Shown in pieces: positions 19,147-28,956 of a stretch of DNA of 64,000 bases; position 1 is the stretch's first letter, and each line of letters opens with the position of its first letter. A program made the position numbers and the translations under genes. This stretch comes from Sphingomonas taxi (GTDB lineage: Bacteria; Pseudomonadota; Alphaproteobacteria; Sphingomonadales; Sphingomonadaceae). The stretch is from assembly GCA_003240625.1 (NCBI GenBank), contig QFMX01000007.1, forward strand, positions 84,623 to 148,622, in the 5' to 3' direction. The notes under the pieces are model-generated. The model worked only from the letters and a program-made list of their open reading frames with translations. It was not told where the DNA came from and made no database searches.

Positions 19147-22100
19147 CTAAATCCCACCCTCATCCAACGACAGCAACGTCGCATTCCCCCCGGCACTCGT
19201 CGTATCCACCGAAACCGCCCGCTCCGCACAGAACCGATACAGATACCGCGGCCCGCCGGCCTTCGGCCCGGTCCCCGACAACCCCTCGCCCCCGAACGGC
19301 TGAGACCCCACAACCGCCCCGATCATCGACCGGTTGATATACAGATTCCCCACCGCAGCCTCGGCCTCGATCACTTCGGCCGCGCGCGCGATGCGGCTGT
19401 GCAGCCCCATCGTCAGGCCATAACCCTTGGCGTTGACCCGGGCGATCGTCTCGCTCAGCTTCCCCGCCTCCCAGGTCGCGACATGCAGGATCGGCCCGAA
19501 CCATTCCTGGTTCAGATCCTCGATCGCACCGATCCGCACCAATGTCGGCGGCACGAACAGCCCATCCGTCGGCACGTCGAGCGTCTTCAGCCACTGCCCG
19601 CGCACGCTCTCGCGGTACGCCATCAGCTTGTCGTACGCCGCCTGGTCGATCACCGGCCCGACATCGGTCGCGGGATCGCCCGAACGCCCGATCCGCAACG
19701 TCTCCATCGCGCCCGACAGCATCTCGATCACGCCGTCGGCGATGTCCTCCTGCACCAGCAGCAGGCGCAGCGCCGAACAACGCTGCCCCGCAGACCGGAA
19801 CGACGAGGCGATCACGTCCGCCACCACCTGCTCGGGCAGCGCGGTGGAATCGACGATCATCGCGTTGATGCCGCCCGTCTCGGCAATCAGCGGCACGATC
19901 GGGCGGTTGTCGTCGTCGAGCAGCGCCCGCGCGATCTTGCGCGCGGTCGCGGTCGACCCGGTGAACGCGACCCCCTGGATCCTCACGTCCGCGGTCAGCG
20001 CGGCACCGACTTCTGTACCGCCCGTGACGAGGATCAGCACGTCGGCCGGCACCCCCGCCTCATGCGCCAGCGCAACCGCAAGCGCGGCGATCCGCGGCGT
20101 CTGCGGCGCAGGCTTGGCGACCACGCTGTTGCCCGTCACGAGCGCCGCCACCGTCTGGCCTAGGAAGATCGCCAGCGGGAAATTCCACGGCGCGATGGTC
20201 GCCCAGACACCGCGGCCCTCGATATGCAGCATGTTGCGCTCGCCGGTCGGCCCCGGCAGCTCGATCGCCTGAAGGTTCGTCCGCGCCTGCTGCGCATAAT
20301 AGCGACAGAAATCGGCCGCCTCGCGCACTTCGCCGATCGCATCCGCGATCGTCTTGAACGCCTCCTGCACGCAGATCGCCATCAGCTCGTCGCGGTGCTT
20401 CTCGAGCAGATCGGCGAGCCGTTCCAGACAGGCCGCCCGATCATCCACCGGCATCCGAGACCAAGCCGGAAACGCCGCATGCGCGCGACCAATGGCAGCC
20501 GCAACAGAACTCCCCTCCCGCTCGCGGGAGGGGTCGGGGGAGGGGATGACCAACCCGCGCTCGGAACCTGTGGAGGATAGGTCGGCCCCTCCCCCGACCC
20601 CTCCCGCAAACGGAAGGGGAGCAGAAACGGCCCGCACCGTCGCCTCCAACGTCCCCACATCACTCAAATCCAACCCGGCAGAATTCCGGTGCCCCCCGGC
20701 CCCGAACAGATCCACCGGCAACGGAATGCTAGGATGCCGCTTCCCCCCCACCGCAGCGATCTTCGCCACAGGATCCGCCAGAATCTCAGCCTCGGTCAGC
20801 CGTTCATCCGCCAACTGGTGCACGAAGCTGGAATTCGCCCCATTCTCCAGCAACCGCCGAACCAGATACGCCAGCAGGTCGCGATGCCCCCCGACCGGCG
20901 CATAAACCCGGCAATGATACCCGTTCTCCTGCACCAGCCGCTCGTACAGCCCGTCACCCATCCCATGCAGCCGCTGGAACTCAAAATCGCGCGAGTTGCC
21001 CGCCCACTCCATGATCGTCGCGACCGTCAGCGCATTGTGGCTCGCAAACGCCGGACGGATATTCTCCGCGGCAAGCATGTCCTTCGCGACCGCCAGATAC
21101 GACACGTCGGTCGCCGCCTTGCGCGTGAACAGCGGATAGTCCGCCAGCCCCTCGACCTGCGTGCGCTTGATCTCGCTATCCCAATACGCGCCCTTCACCA
21201 GCCGCACGTTCATCACGCGGTCCAGCCCGTTCGCCCATTCGATCACCGGCCGCGCGCGCTTGCCATACGCCTGCACCGCCATGCCGAACCCGTCCCAGCC
21301 CTTCAGCGACGGCAGCCCCGCAACCGCGCCGATGATGTCGAGACTCATCTCCAGCCGCTCGGATTCCTCTGCGTCGACGGTCAGCGCGATGCCCTTCGAC
21401 GCCGCCTGCACCGCCAGCGCCTCGAGCATCTCGGTCAGCGCGGGGACGCATTCGCTCCACCGCGCAACCTCGTACCGCGGGTGCAACGCCGACAGCTTGA
21501 CCGAGATCGAGTGCCCAGCCGCCGGATCGCGCCCGACCGCATCGACCGCACCGACATACGCCTGGAAGTATCGCTGCGCATCGGCATGCGTCCGCGCCGC
21601 CTCGCCCAGCATGTCGAAGCTCGCCGTGAAGCCCTTGTTCTCCGGCCGGCGCATCCGCTTCATCGCCTCGTCGATGGTGCGACCCATCACGAAGATCTCG
21701 CCCATCATCTTCATCGCCGCGCCGACCGCCTGCCGCACGAACGGCTCGCCCGCGCGGCTGATCAGGCGCCGCAGCGGTCCGGTCGATCCCTCGCCGACCA
21801 GCACGCGGCCGACCACCAGCCCCCAGGTCGCCGAATTGACGAGCTTAGAATTCGATTTCCCCGCGTGCGCCCGCCAATCGGCATCGCCCAGCTTGTCCGC
21901 AATCAGCAGATCCGCCGTCTCCGGATCGGGCACGCGCAGGAACGCTTCCGCCAGCGACAGCAGCGCGACGCCTTCCGACGAATTGAGCCGATATTCCTGG
22001 AGGAACTGGTTCACCCAGCCCTTGCTCTGTGCCGCCCGCAGGTCCGCGAGCAGTCCCAGCGCATGCCCCATCACCCGCTCACGCGAATCCGAATCGAGCG

Positions 22101-22197
22101 CGGCGCGGTCCAGCAACGGTTTTAGAACATCGGGTTCGCTCGCGCGGTACAGCTTCGCCATGATATCACGGGCATTGGACGTTACGGCAGTCGACAT
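19147..22197 (-). CDS. putA: Bifunctional proline dehydrogenase / P5C dehydrogenase
   Basis: SFDMLGEAA, RLVKGAYWDSE, FQRLHGMG, RRLLENGANSSF, AETGG, SAGQRCSALR and PFGGEGLSGTGPKAGG motifs. Confidence 0.95.
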   Translation of the reverse strand: MSTAVTSNARDIMAKLYRASEPDVLKPLLDRAALDSDSRERVMGHALGLLADLRAAQSKGWVNQFLQEYRLNSSEGVALLSLAEAFLRVPDPETADLLIADKLGDADWRAHAGKSNSKLVNSATWGLVVGRVLVGEGSTGPLRRLISRAGEPFVRQAVGAAMKMMGEIFVMGRTIDEAMKRMRRPENKGFTASFDMLGEAARTHADAQRYFQAYVGAVDAVGRDPAAGHSISVKLSALHPRYEVARWSECVPALTEMLEALAVQAASKGIALTVDAEESERLEMSLDIIGAVAGLPSLKGWDGFGMAVQAYGKRARPVIEWANGLDRVMNVRLVKGAYWDSEIKRTQVEGLADYPLFTRKAATDVSYLAVAKDMLAAENIRPAFASHNALTVATIMEWAGNSRDFEFQRLHGMGDGLYERLVQENGYHCRVYAPVGGHRDLLAYLVRRLLENGANSSFVHQLADERLTEAEILADPVAKIAAVGGKRHPSIPLPVDLFGAGGHRNSAGLDLSDVGTLEATVRAVSAPLPFAGGVGGGADLSSTGSERGLVIPSPDPSREREGSSVAAAIGRAHAAFPAWSRMPVDDRAACLERLADLLEKHRDELMAICVQEAFKTIADAIGEVREAADFCRYYAQQARTNLQAIELPGPTGERNMLHIEGRGVWATIAPWNFPLAIFLGQTVAALVTGNSVVAKPAPQTPRIAALAVALAHEAGVPADVLILVTGGTEVGAALTADVRIQGVAFTGSTATARKIARALLDDDNRPIVPLIAETGGINAMIVDSTALPEQVVADVIASSFRSAGQRCSALRLLLVQEDIADGVIEMLSGAMETLRIGRSGDPATDVGPVIDQAAYDKLMAYRESVRGQWLKTLDVPTDGLFVPPTLVRIGAIEDLNQEWFGPILHVATWEAGKLSETIARVNAKGYGLTMGLHSRIARAAEVIEAEAAVGNLYINRSMIGAVVGSQPFGGEGLSGTGPKAGGPRYLYRFCAERAVSVDTTSAGGNATLLSLDEGGI
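20510..20621. mobile_element. Family A palindromic element inserted in frame in putA
   Basis: Same double hairpin as the intergenic copies. Translated as PLPFAGGVGGG...PSPDPSREREGS. Confidence 0.85.
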
Positions 22198-22294
22198 TTT
22201 CCAGCTTCCGGTTGGGTGAGGCTTGCGATCCGCTTGCCTGTACGCCTAGAGACATTTCTGCGCTTAGCGCCAAATGAGCTTTGAGGGGAATGCC

Positions 22295-22753
22295 GTGGCG
22301 ACGATCACCACCGCGCAGATGCAGCAGCGCATCGGCACCGAGACGGTTTCCGACTGGGTCGAGGTCACGCAAGCCATGATCGACACGTTCGCCGATGCGA
22401 CCGGCGACCACCAGTTCATCCACATCGATCCGGTCCGCGCGGCGCAGACACCGTTCGGCGGCACGATCGCGCACGGCTTCCTGACGCTGTCGCTGATGCC
22501 GCTGCTTTCGTCGAAGGTGCCCGACGCCCCGCAGATCGAGGGTGCCAAGATGGGCGTCAACTACGGCGGCAACTCGGTCCGCTTCCTGACGCCGGTCCGC
22601 TCGGGTTCGAAGGTACGCGGTCGCTTCAAGCTGCTCTCGTTCGACGAAAAGCGCCCCGGCCAATGGCAGCAGACCAACGCGTTTTCCGTCGAGATCGAGG
22701 GCCAGGAAAAGCCCGCCCTGATCGCGGAATGGATCAGTCAGATTTTCGTTTGA
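22295..22753 (+). CDS. MaoC family dehydratase
   Basis: FADATGDHQFIHIDP and TIAHGFLTLSL motifs. GTG start after GAGGGG. Confidence 0.9.
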   Translation: MATITTAQMQQRIGTETVSDWVEVTQAMIDTFADATGDHQFIHIDPVRAAQTPFGGTIAHGFLTLSLMPLLSSKVPDAPQIEGAKMGVNYGGNSVRFLTPVRSGSKVRGRFKLLSFDEKRPGQWQQTNAFSVEIEGQEKPALIAEWISQIFV

Positions 22754-22760
22754 AACTAAT

Positions 22761-22867
22761 TCCCCTCCCGCTTGCGGGAGGGGTCAGGGGAGGGTCCGAG
22801 ATAGCCGCGATTGCGCCGGCTGCTTTGGCCACCCCCTCCCCCAACCCCTCCCGTAACCGGGAGGGGA
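22761..22867. repeat. Palindromic miniature element (family A)
   Basis: TCCCCTCCCGCTTGCGGGAGGGG...CCCCTCCCGTAACCGGGAGGGGA. Confidence 0.88.
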
Positions 22868-22886
22868 GCAGAAAAGAGGAACACCC

Positions 22887-24065
22887 ATGCGCTCAGCCGT
22901 CATCGTCTCCACCGCCCGCACCCCCATCGGCCGCGCCTATCGCGGCGGCTTCAACAACACCCCGGCGCCGACTTTGGCGTCGCATTCGATCAAGGCCGCG
23001 GTCGAGCGTGCCGGCATCGACGGCGCCGAAGTCGACGACGTCGTCTTCGGCTGCGCGCTCCAGCAGGGTCATCAGGCCGGCAACATCGCCCGCACGTCCT
23101 TGCTCCGCGCGGGCCTCCCCGTCACGGTCTCGGGCATGTCGGTCGACCGCCAGTGCGCGTCGGGCCTGATGGCCATCGCCACCGCTGCCAAGCAGATCAT
23201 CACCGACAACATGGACATCACGATCGGCGGCGGCGTCGAGAGCATCAGCCTCGTCCAGACCCCGCAGATGCGCGTCGCGCCCGATCCCCAGCTGATCGCG
23301 ATGCACAAGGACGTCTACATGCCGATGCTGCAGACCGCCGAGGTCGTCGCCAAGCGCTACGGCATCAGCCGCGACGCGATGGACGCCTACGCGCTCCAGT
23401 CGCAGCAGCGCACCGCCGCCGCGCAGGCCGCCGGCTATTTCGACGCCGAGATCATCTCGGTCGATGCCAACATGGCCATCGTCAACAAGGAGACGAAGGA
23501 GGTCACGTACAAGGACGTGACCATCACCAAAGACGAGGGCAATCGGGCCGACACCACGCTGGAAGGTCTCCAGTCGCTGAAACCCGTGATGGGCCCCGAC
23601 TTCACGATCACCGCCGGCAACGCCTCGCAGCTCTCCGACGGCTCGTCGTCATCGGTACTGATGGAGGAGAAGATCGCCTCGCAGCGCGGTCTCCAGCCGC
23701 TCGGTCGCTATGTCGGCATGGCGGTCGGCGGCACCGAGCCCGACGAGATGGGCATCGGGCCTGTGGTGGCGATCCCCAAGCTGCTCAAGCGCTTCGGCCT
23801 GAAGATGGACGATATCGGCCTATGGGAACTGAACGAGGCGTTCGCGGTGCAGGTCCTGTACTGCCGCGACAAGCTCGGCATTCCGGACGAGTTGCTCAAC
23901 GTCAGCGGCGGCGCGATCTCGATCGGCCATCCCTACGGCATGACCGGCGCCCGCGCGACCGGCCACGCGCTGATCGAAGGCAAGCGTCGCGGTGCCAAGT
24001 ATGTCGTGGTGACGATGTGCGTCGGCGGCGGTATGGGTGCGGCGGGGTTGTTCGAAGTACTGTGA
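22887..24065 (+). CDS. Acetyl-CoA C-acyltransferase (thiolase)
   Basis: [32 protein letters not shown] and MCVGGGMG motifs. Confidence 0.95.
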   Translation: MRSAVIVSTARTPIGRAYRGGFNNTPAPTLASHSIKAAVERAGIDGAEVDDVVFGCALQQGHQAGNIARTSLLRAGLPVTVSGMSVDRQCASGLMAIATAAKQIITDNMDITIGGGVESISLVQTPQMRVAPDPQLIAMHKDVYMPMLQTAEVVAKRYGISRDAMDAYALQSQQRTAAAQAAGYFDAEIISVDANMAIVNKETKEVTYKDVTITKDEGNRADTTLEGLQSLKPVMGPDFTITAGNASQLSDGSSSSVLMEEKIASQRGLQPLGRYVGMAVGGTEPDEMGIGPVVAIPKLLKRFGLKMDDIGLWELNEAFAVQVLYCRDKLGIPDELLNVSGGAISIGHPYGMTGARATGHALIEGKRRGAKYVVVTMCVGGGMGAAGLFEVL

Positions 24066-24067
24066 TC

Positions 24068-24096
24068 TTGAAAGATGTGCCGATTTAGCGCATATG
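24068..24096 (+). promoter_or_regulatory. Putative sigma70 promoter of antisense RNA
   Basis: TTGAAA-N17-CATATG, with no plus-strand CDS immediately downstream. Confidence 0.55.
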
Positions 24097-24100
24097 CTTT

Positions 24101-24165
24101 ATCGGCGTTGCATACACCGCCTTTCTTGTCTGGGCCCCGGTCGTGTCAGCGGCTGGGGCTCAATA
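24101..24165 (+). ncRNA. Putative antitoxin sRNA (type I TA-like)
   Basis: Carries a 28-nt copy (blocks of 6+12+10) complementary to the SD/start of the 24299 peptide mRNA, followed by a G-U-containing hairpin with loop TGTCAG. Confidence 0.55.
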
Positions 24166-24206
24166 CGTTTGGGACTTGGGTGTCAGCCCAAGCCCCTCCC
24201 GTGCAC

Positions 24207-24299
24207 CTAGCCTTTGCGTGACACTTCGATGATCTTCACGACCAGGGTCGCGAAGGCGAAGAGCATGCCGAGGATCAAGCACAGATCGGCAAGTTGCAT
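24207..24299 (-). CDS. 30-aa hydrophobic peptide, putative type I toxin (MQLADLCLILGMLFAFATLVVKIIEVSRKG)
   Basis: Hand-translated. SD AAGAAAGGTAAGGT. One TM helix plus basic C-terminus. Below the ORF-track size cutoff. Confidence 0.7.
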   Translation of the reverse strand: MQLADLCLILGMLFAFATLVVKIIEVSRKG

Positions 24300-24395
24300 A
24301 CACCTTACCTTTCTTGTTCGACAGCAGGACTGCTGCCGTCGCTATCATGGCGCCCTCCACACCCTTTCACCAAGCGGCATCGCGTAACGGTACGC

Positions 24396-24420
24396 GCAAC
24401 CAACCTCCGCCCCACCCGTT
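24396..24420 (+). promoter_or_regulatory. EcfG-type promoter
   Basis: GCAAC-N16-CGTT, 35 nt upstream of the general stress protein gene. Confidence 0.65.
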
Positions 24421-24454
24421 CTCACAGGCAATCCAAGCCACTAGGAGAATGACG

Positions 24455-24937
24455 ATGGCCGACAAGGATACCCCGCAGGAAGTCGCAGCGAAGTTCATCG
24501 ACAAGCTGAAGGCCAGCCCCTTCGTGATGATCGGCCTGCATGATGGCCAGCATTCGGAGCCGATGACCGCGCAGATCGACGACGATCAGCCCAACACGCT
24601 GTTCTTCTTTGCCGGTCGTGACAACCGCATCGCCAAGGGCGGCGCGGCGATGGCGCAGTTCGTCGGTAAGGGTCATGACTTCTTCGCGTGCATGGCCGGT
24701 GACGTCTCGACGTCGAACGACCGCACGCAGATCGACAAGCTCTGGAGCAACCAAGTCGAGGCATGGTTTCCAGGCGGCAAGGAAGATTCGAACCTGACGC
24801 TTCTACGCTTCGACATCGATAGCGCCGAGCTCTGGGAAACCGACATCTCGATCGGCGGCCGCCTCAAGATGCTGTTCGGCGGTACGATCCAGTCGGACGA
24901 GTCGAGCAGCCACGCGGTGGTGAACTCGATCGCCTGA
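24455..24937 (+). CDS. Pyridoxamine 5'-phosphate oxidase-like general stress protein
   Basis: HSEPMTAQ, IDKLWS and AWFPGGKED motifs. SD AGGAGA. Confidence 0.85.
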   Translation: MADKDTPQEVAAKFIDKLKASPFVMIGLHDGQHSEPMTAQIDDDQPNTLFFFAGRDNRIAKGGAAMAQFVGKGHDFFACMAGDVSTSNDRTQIDKLWSNQVEAWFPGGKEDSNLTLLRFDIDSAELWETDISIGGRLKMLFGGTIQSDESSSHAVVNSIA

Positions 24938-24944
24938 GCCAATC

Positions 24945-24974
24945 ATGGGCAGCCCGCACGAGGCTGCCCATTTT
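24945..24974 (+). terminator. Intrinsic terminator between convergent genes
   Basis: ATGGGCAGCC/GGCTGCCCAT stem followed by TTTT. Confidence 0.75.
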
Positions 24975-24975
24975 A

Positions 24976-26208
24976 TCACCCGTTCGCGGTGATGAACTCT
25001 TCGACCACCGGTGCGATCTTGTCGCGCCAGCGCGAGCCGTTGAAGATGCCATAGTGACCGGCACCTTCCGCCATCAGATAGCGCTTCTTCTCATCGGGTA
25101 GCGCGGTCGCCAGCGTCAGTGCCGCCTTGGTCTGCCCCAGCCCAGAGATATCGTCGCGCTCGCCCTCGACCGCGAGCAGACCGATGTCGGTGATCGCCGC
25201 CGGATCCACCAGCCGCCCGCGATGCGTCATGATCCCGCGCGGCAAGGCATGGCTCTGGAACACGACGTCGATCGTCTGAAGATAGAATTCCGCGGTCATG
25301 TCGCAGACCGAGCGGTATTCCTCGTAGAAATCCTGGCTCTGTAACGCGCTCGCGCCGTCGCCCTGGACGAGATGCTTATACATCTCCCAATGCGAGACCA
25401 TGTGATTGCCCAGGTTCATCGACATGAACCCGGCAAGCTGCAGGAAGCCCGGATAGACCTTCCGCCCCGCACCGGGGTAATTGCCCGGCACCGTCGCGAT
25501 CACGTTCTGCTCGAACCACGCGTGCGGCCGCTCGGTCGCCAGCGTGTTGACCGCGGTCGGCGCCTCGCGCGTATCCACCGGACCGCCCATCATCGTCAGC
25601 GTCTTCGGCCGGCACGGATTATTATCCGCACTCATAAGCGCAACGGCAGCATAGCACGGTACCGACGGCTGACAGACGGCGAGCATATGCGTGCCCCCCT
25701 GCCCCTCGTTCGAGCCGATCGTTTCGAGGAATTCGATCAGATAATCGATGTAATCGTCGAGATCGAACCGCCCGGCCGACACCGGCACGCTGCGCGCGTC
25801 GCGCCAGTCGGTGATGTAAACGTCGGCAAAAGGCAGCATCCGCTCAACTGTGCCGCGCAGCAACGTCGCATAATGCCCAGACATCGGCGCGACGATCAGC
25901 AGCTTCGGACCATCGTCGATGCCGTCACGCACGAAGCGCTTCAGCTGCCCGAAGTCCTTGCGCAACACGATCTCCTCGCGGACCGCGACCTCGCGGCCGT
26001 CGATCGTCGTCGTGTCGAGCCCAAAGGCAGGCTTTCCGCGAGTCGCATTCGCGTGTGCGAACACTTCCAGGGCCGACGCGACCACCGTGCCCCCGCCCAA
26101 ATAGGCGAACGGGTTTGCCGGATTGTTGAGCATATCCGCGCCAAAACTGGCCATCCTGCTGGCACCGGCCATCATCGAACGCTGGAATTCATAGGCATCG
26201 TAGAGCAT
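24976..26208 (-). CDS. phaZ: Intracellular polyhydroxyalkanoate depolymerase
   Basis: VAPMSGHYATLLR, AVCQP, EGERDDISG and GHYGIFNG motifs. Confidence 0.92.
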   Translation of the reverse strand: MLYDAYEFQRSMMAGASRMASFGADMLNNPANPFAYLGGGTVVASALEVFAHANATRGKPAFGLDTTTIDGREVAVREEIVLRKDFGQLKRFVRDGIDDGPKLLIVAPMSGHYATLLRGTVERMLPFADVYITDWRDARSVPVSAGRFDLDDYIDYLIEFLETIGSNEGQGGTHMLAVCQPSVPCYAAVALMSADNNPCRPKTLTMMGGPVDTREAPTAVNTLATERPHAWFEQNVIATVPGNYPGAGRKVYPGFLQLAGFMSMNLGNHMVSHWEMYKHLVQGDGASALQSQDFYEEYRSVCDMTAEFYLQTIDVVFQSHALPRGIMTHRGRLVDPAAITDIGLLAVEGERDDISGLGQTKAALTLATALPDEKKRYLMAEGAGHYGIFNGSRWRDKIAPVVEEFITANG

Positions 26209-26382
26209 GCGGTATCCTCTCGCCTCATCGGGCTTTGCGCGTTGGTAACGCAATTTTGCCGCAGTGCAACGCGCGATCGACCGGTGTTCCGTCCGGTGCG
26301 GTGGTCGAAGGTGACCGACTGCAGCCCTTCACGACGCCCGGTTCTCGTTGAGCGCCACCCTCGCCACTGCTAGGCACCGCGC

Positions 26383-28158
26383 ATGCCCAAGCCGACACCC
26401 GAAGAGAAGACGTCCCGCCGGATCGGCGATCTCGCGATGGTGTGGCGGCACGCCTCGCAATATCCCCGGCAGATCGCCTTCGCGGGCCTCGCGCTGATGA
26501 TGACCTCGGCGGCGACGATCGGCATTCCTTACGGGTTCAAGCGCGTGATCGACCGCGGCTTCGGCCCCGGCGCGAGCGGCTCGGTCGGCAACTCGTTCCA
26601 CTATCTGCTGATGATCGTCGTCGTGCTCGCGCTGGCGACCGCGGTGCGCTTCTATTACGTCTCGTGGCTCGGCGAGCGCGTCGTCGCGGACATCCGCACC
26701 ACCGTGCAACGCCACCTGCTCCGCCTGACGCCACGCTTCTTCGAAGAGAACCGCCCCTCCGAGATCGCGTCGCGCCTGACCTCGGACACGGCGCTGATCG
26801 AACAGGTCGTCGGCAGCACGGTGTCGATCGCGCTGCGCAACACCTTCACCGGGATCGGCGGGCTGATCTATCTGTTCGCGATCTCGCCCAAGCTCGCGGG
26901 CATGCTGATGATCGGCATCCCGCTGATCATCCTGCCGATCGCGCTGCTCGGCAAACGCGTGCGGAATTACTCGCGCACGTCGCAGGACCGCGTCGCCGAT
27001 GTCGGTTCGATCGCAACCGAGACGCTCGGCGCGATGAAGGTGGTCCAGGCATTCGGCCAGGAAGACCGCGAGGCGATCCGCTTCTCGGACGCGGTGGCCG
27101 CGACGTTTGCGGCGGCGCGTGCGCGGATCCTGTTGCGCGCGGTGATGACGGCGATCGTCATCGGCCTCGTGTTCGGGTCGATCACTCTAGTGCTGTGGGA
27201 AGGCGCGATCGATGTCGCCGCCGGGCGGATCAGTGGCGGTGCGATCGCCGCGTTCGTGCTCACGGGCGGGATCGTCGCAGGCGCGTTCGGCGCGCTGACC
27301 GAAGTGTATGGCGACCTGTTGCGCGGCGCCGGTGCGGCTGGCCGGTTATCCGAACTGCTGCGGGAGAAACCCGAGATCGCCGCGCCCGCCAACCCGGTCG
27401 CGCTGCCGCAGCCGCCGCGTGGCGCGCTCGCGTTCGAGGGGGTGCAGTTCCATTACCCGACGCGCCGCGACGTCGCCGCGCTTAACGGCTTCTCGCTCGA
27501 CGTGAAGCCCGGCGAGACAGTTGCCGTCGTCGGCCCCTCGGGCGCGGGCAAGACGACGTTGTTCCAGTTGGTCCAGCGCTTCTACGATCCCGACGCGGGC
27601 CGCGTGACGCTCGACGGAATCGATCTACGCGACGCCGATCCGGCAGAGGTCCGCGCGCGGATCGCCATGGTGCCGCAGGAGACGATCATCTTCGGCGCCT
27701 CGGCCCGCGACAATTTGCGTTACGGCGATTGGTCCGCGACCGACGACCAGCTCTGGGCCGCCGCCGAAGCCGCCAACGCCGCCGAGTTCCTGCGCAAGCT
27801 TCCCGAGGGCCTAGACACCTTCCTCGGCGAAGGCGGCGCACGGCTGTCCGGCGGCCAGCGTCAGCGCGTGACGATCGCCCGCGCCCTGCTCCGCGATGCG
27901 CCGATTCTGCTGCTCGACGAGGCGACCAGTGCGCTCGACGCGGAGAGCGAGCGACTGGTGCAGGAAGCCCTAGAACGGCTGATGGCGAACCGCACCACGC
28001 TGGTCATCGCCCACCGCCTCGCCACCGTCCGCGCGGCCGAGCGGATCATCGTTATGAGCGACGGCCAGATCGTCGAGGAAGGCTCGCACGGATCGCTGAT
28101 GACCAACAGCGGACTGTACGCGCGACTGGCGAGCCTGCAGTTCAACGAGGCGGCGTAG
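26383..28158 (+). CDS. ABC transporter fused permease/ATPase (MsbA-like)
   Basis: Six-TM domain, GPSGAGKT, LSGGQRQR and LLDEATSALD. Confidence 0.92.
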   Translation: MPKPTPEEKTSRRIGDLAMVWRHASQYPRQIAFAGLALMMTSAATIGIPYGFKRVIDRGFGPGASGSVGNSFHYLLMIVVVLALATAVRFYYVSWLGERVVADIRTTVQRHLLRLTPRFFEENRPSEIASRLTSDTALIEQVVGSTVSIALRNTFTGIGGLIYLFAISPKLAGMLMIGIPLIILPIALLGKRVRNYSRTSQDRVADVGSIATETLGAMKVVQAFGQEDREAIRFSDAVAATFAAARARILLRAVMTAIVIGLVFGSITLVLWEGAIDVAAGRISGGAIAAFVLTGGIVAGAFGALTEVYGDLLRGAGAAGRLSELLREKPEIAAPANPVALPQPPRGALAFEGVQFHYPTRRDVAALNGFSLDVKPGETVAVVGPSGAGKTTLFQLVQRFYDPDAGRVTLDGIDLRDADPAEVRARIAMVPQETIIFGASARDNLRYGDWSATDDQLWAAAEAANAAEFLRKLPEGLDTFLGEGGARLSGGQRQRVTIARALLRDAPILLLDEATSALDAESERLVQEALERLMANRTTLVIAHRLATVRAAERIIVMSDGQIVEEGSHGSLMTNSGLYARLASLQFNEAA

Positions 28159-28247
28159 GATCGAGCCCCGGCAGCCTTTTTGGATCGCGACAATTCCCAA
28201 GCGCTCCATCCCCCCGGACTGGTTAGGTAATCTTACCCGACCGACAA

Positions 28248-28356
28248 GCACCTCCCCGGCGGAGGCCGGGGTCCAGTTGGGAAACGCCGATGACGACGGC
28301 TGCGCCCCGTTACCACGACCTCACCAACTGGGTCCCGGCCTCCGCCGGGGGGGTGC
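28248..28356. repeat. REP-like palindromic doublet (family C)
   Basis: Homologous to 5612, including the spacer CGTTAC...ACCTCACCAA. Confidence 0.85.
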
Positions 28357-28507
28357 ACTGGTTCTAACGGAGTAAGCATCGAGGTGTTTCGGGGCGCGGT
28401 GCCTCAAACCTAAATCGATCGATCGTGCTGCATCTTGGATGCCCGAACAGGCCCGGCATGACTGGGCATGATTCGGTTCGTAGACTCAGCCTGAACCTTG
28501 AGGCGTC

Positions 28508-28846
28508 CTAGCCCTTCTTTGCCTTGGGCTTTTTCGGTTTCGGCAGCGGCAATTCCGCGGTCGAGATGCGGACGAGGTCGGCTAGCCAATCTGCGTCGTC
28601 CCAACGGTCGGCGTCGACCAGCAGGCACGGTTTCGCCCCTGGATAGGGTGACGCCTCTTCGATCGCGCCTGCGAATGCGCGGCCGCCCGGGGTCGGCTTG
28701 ACGAACAACTGGTCGTCGCAGATCATCGCGACCATCCGGCCATCGCAATAGAGTCCGTATTCGCCGAACATAGGCTTTGCCGAGACATCCCCCGCCGCGG
28801 CGAGTTGGTCGACGATGAACGCGACGGTTTTGCGATCGGATGCCAT
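28508..28846 (-). CDS. TfoX N-terminal domain protein
   Basis: KPMFGEYGLYCDG, ICDDQLFVKPT and PYPGAKP motifs. Confidence 0.88.
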   Translation of the reverse strand: MASDRKTVAFIVDQLAAAGDVSAKPMFGEYGLYCDGRMVAMICDDQLFVKPTPGGRAFAGAIEEASPYPGAKPCLLVDADRWDDADWLADLVRISTAELPLPKPKKPKAKKG

Positions 28847-28956
28847 CCGCCAATGCTGGCAGATCGGTGCGCGGATGGCGAGTCGCGGCCCATATTGGCG
28901 TTTCACTTGCGACGACGCGCGCACGCGCGCAAAACTCGATAAAACAGGAGGTGGAT

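Noticed and set aside
24160..24360. 66-aa minus-strand ORF in the ORF track
   Set aside because: It is in a different frame from the 30-aa peptide, has no clear SD and is not protein-like. The shorter frame has the SD and the hydrophobic helix.
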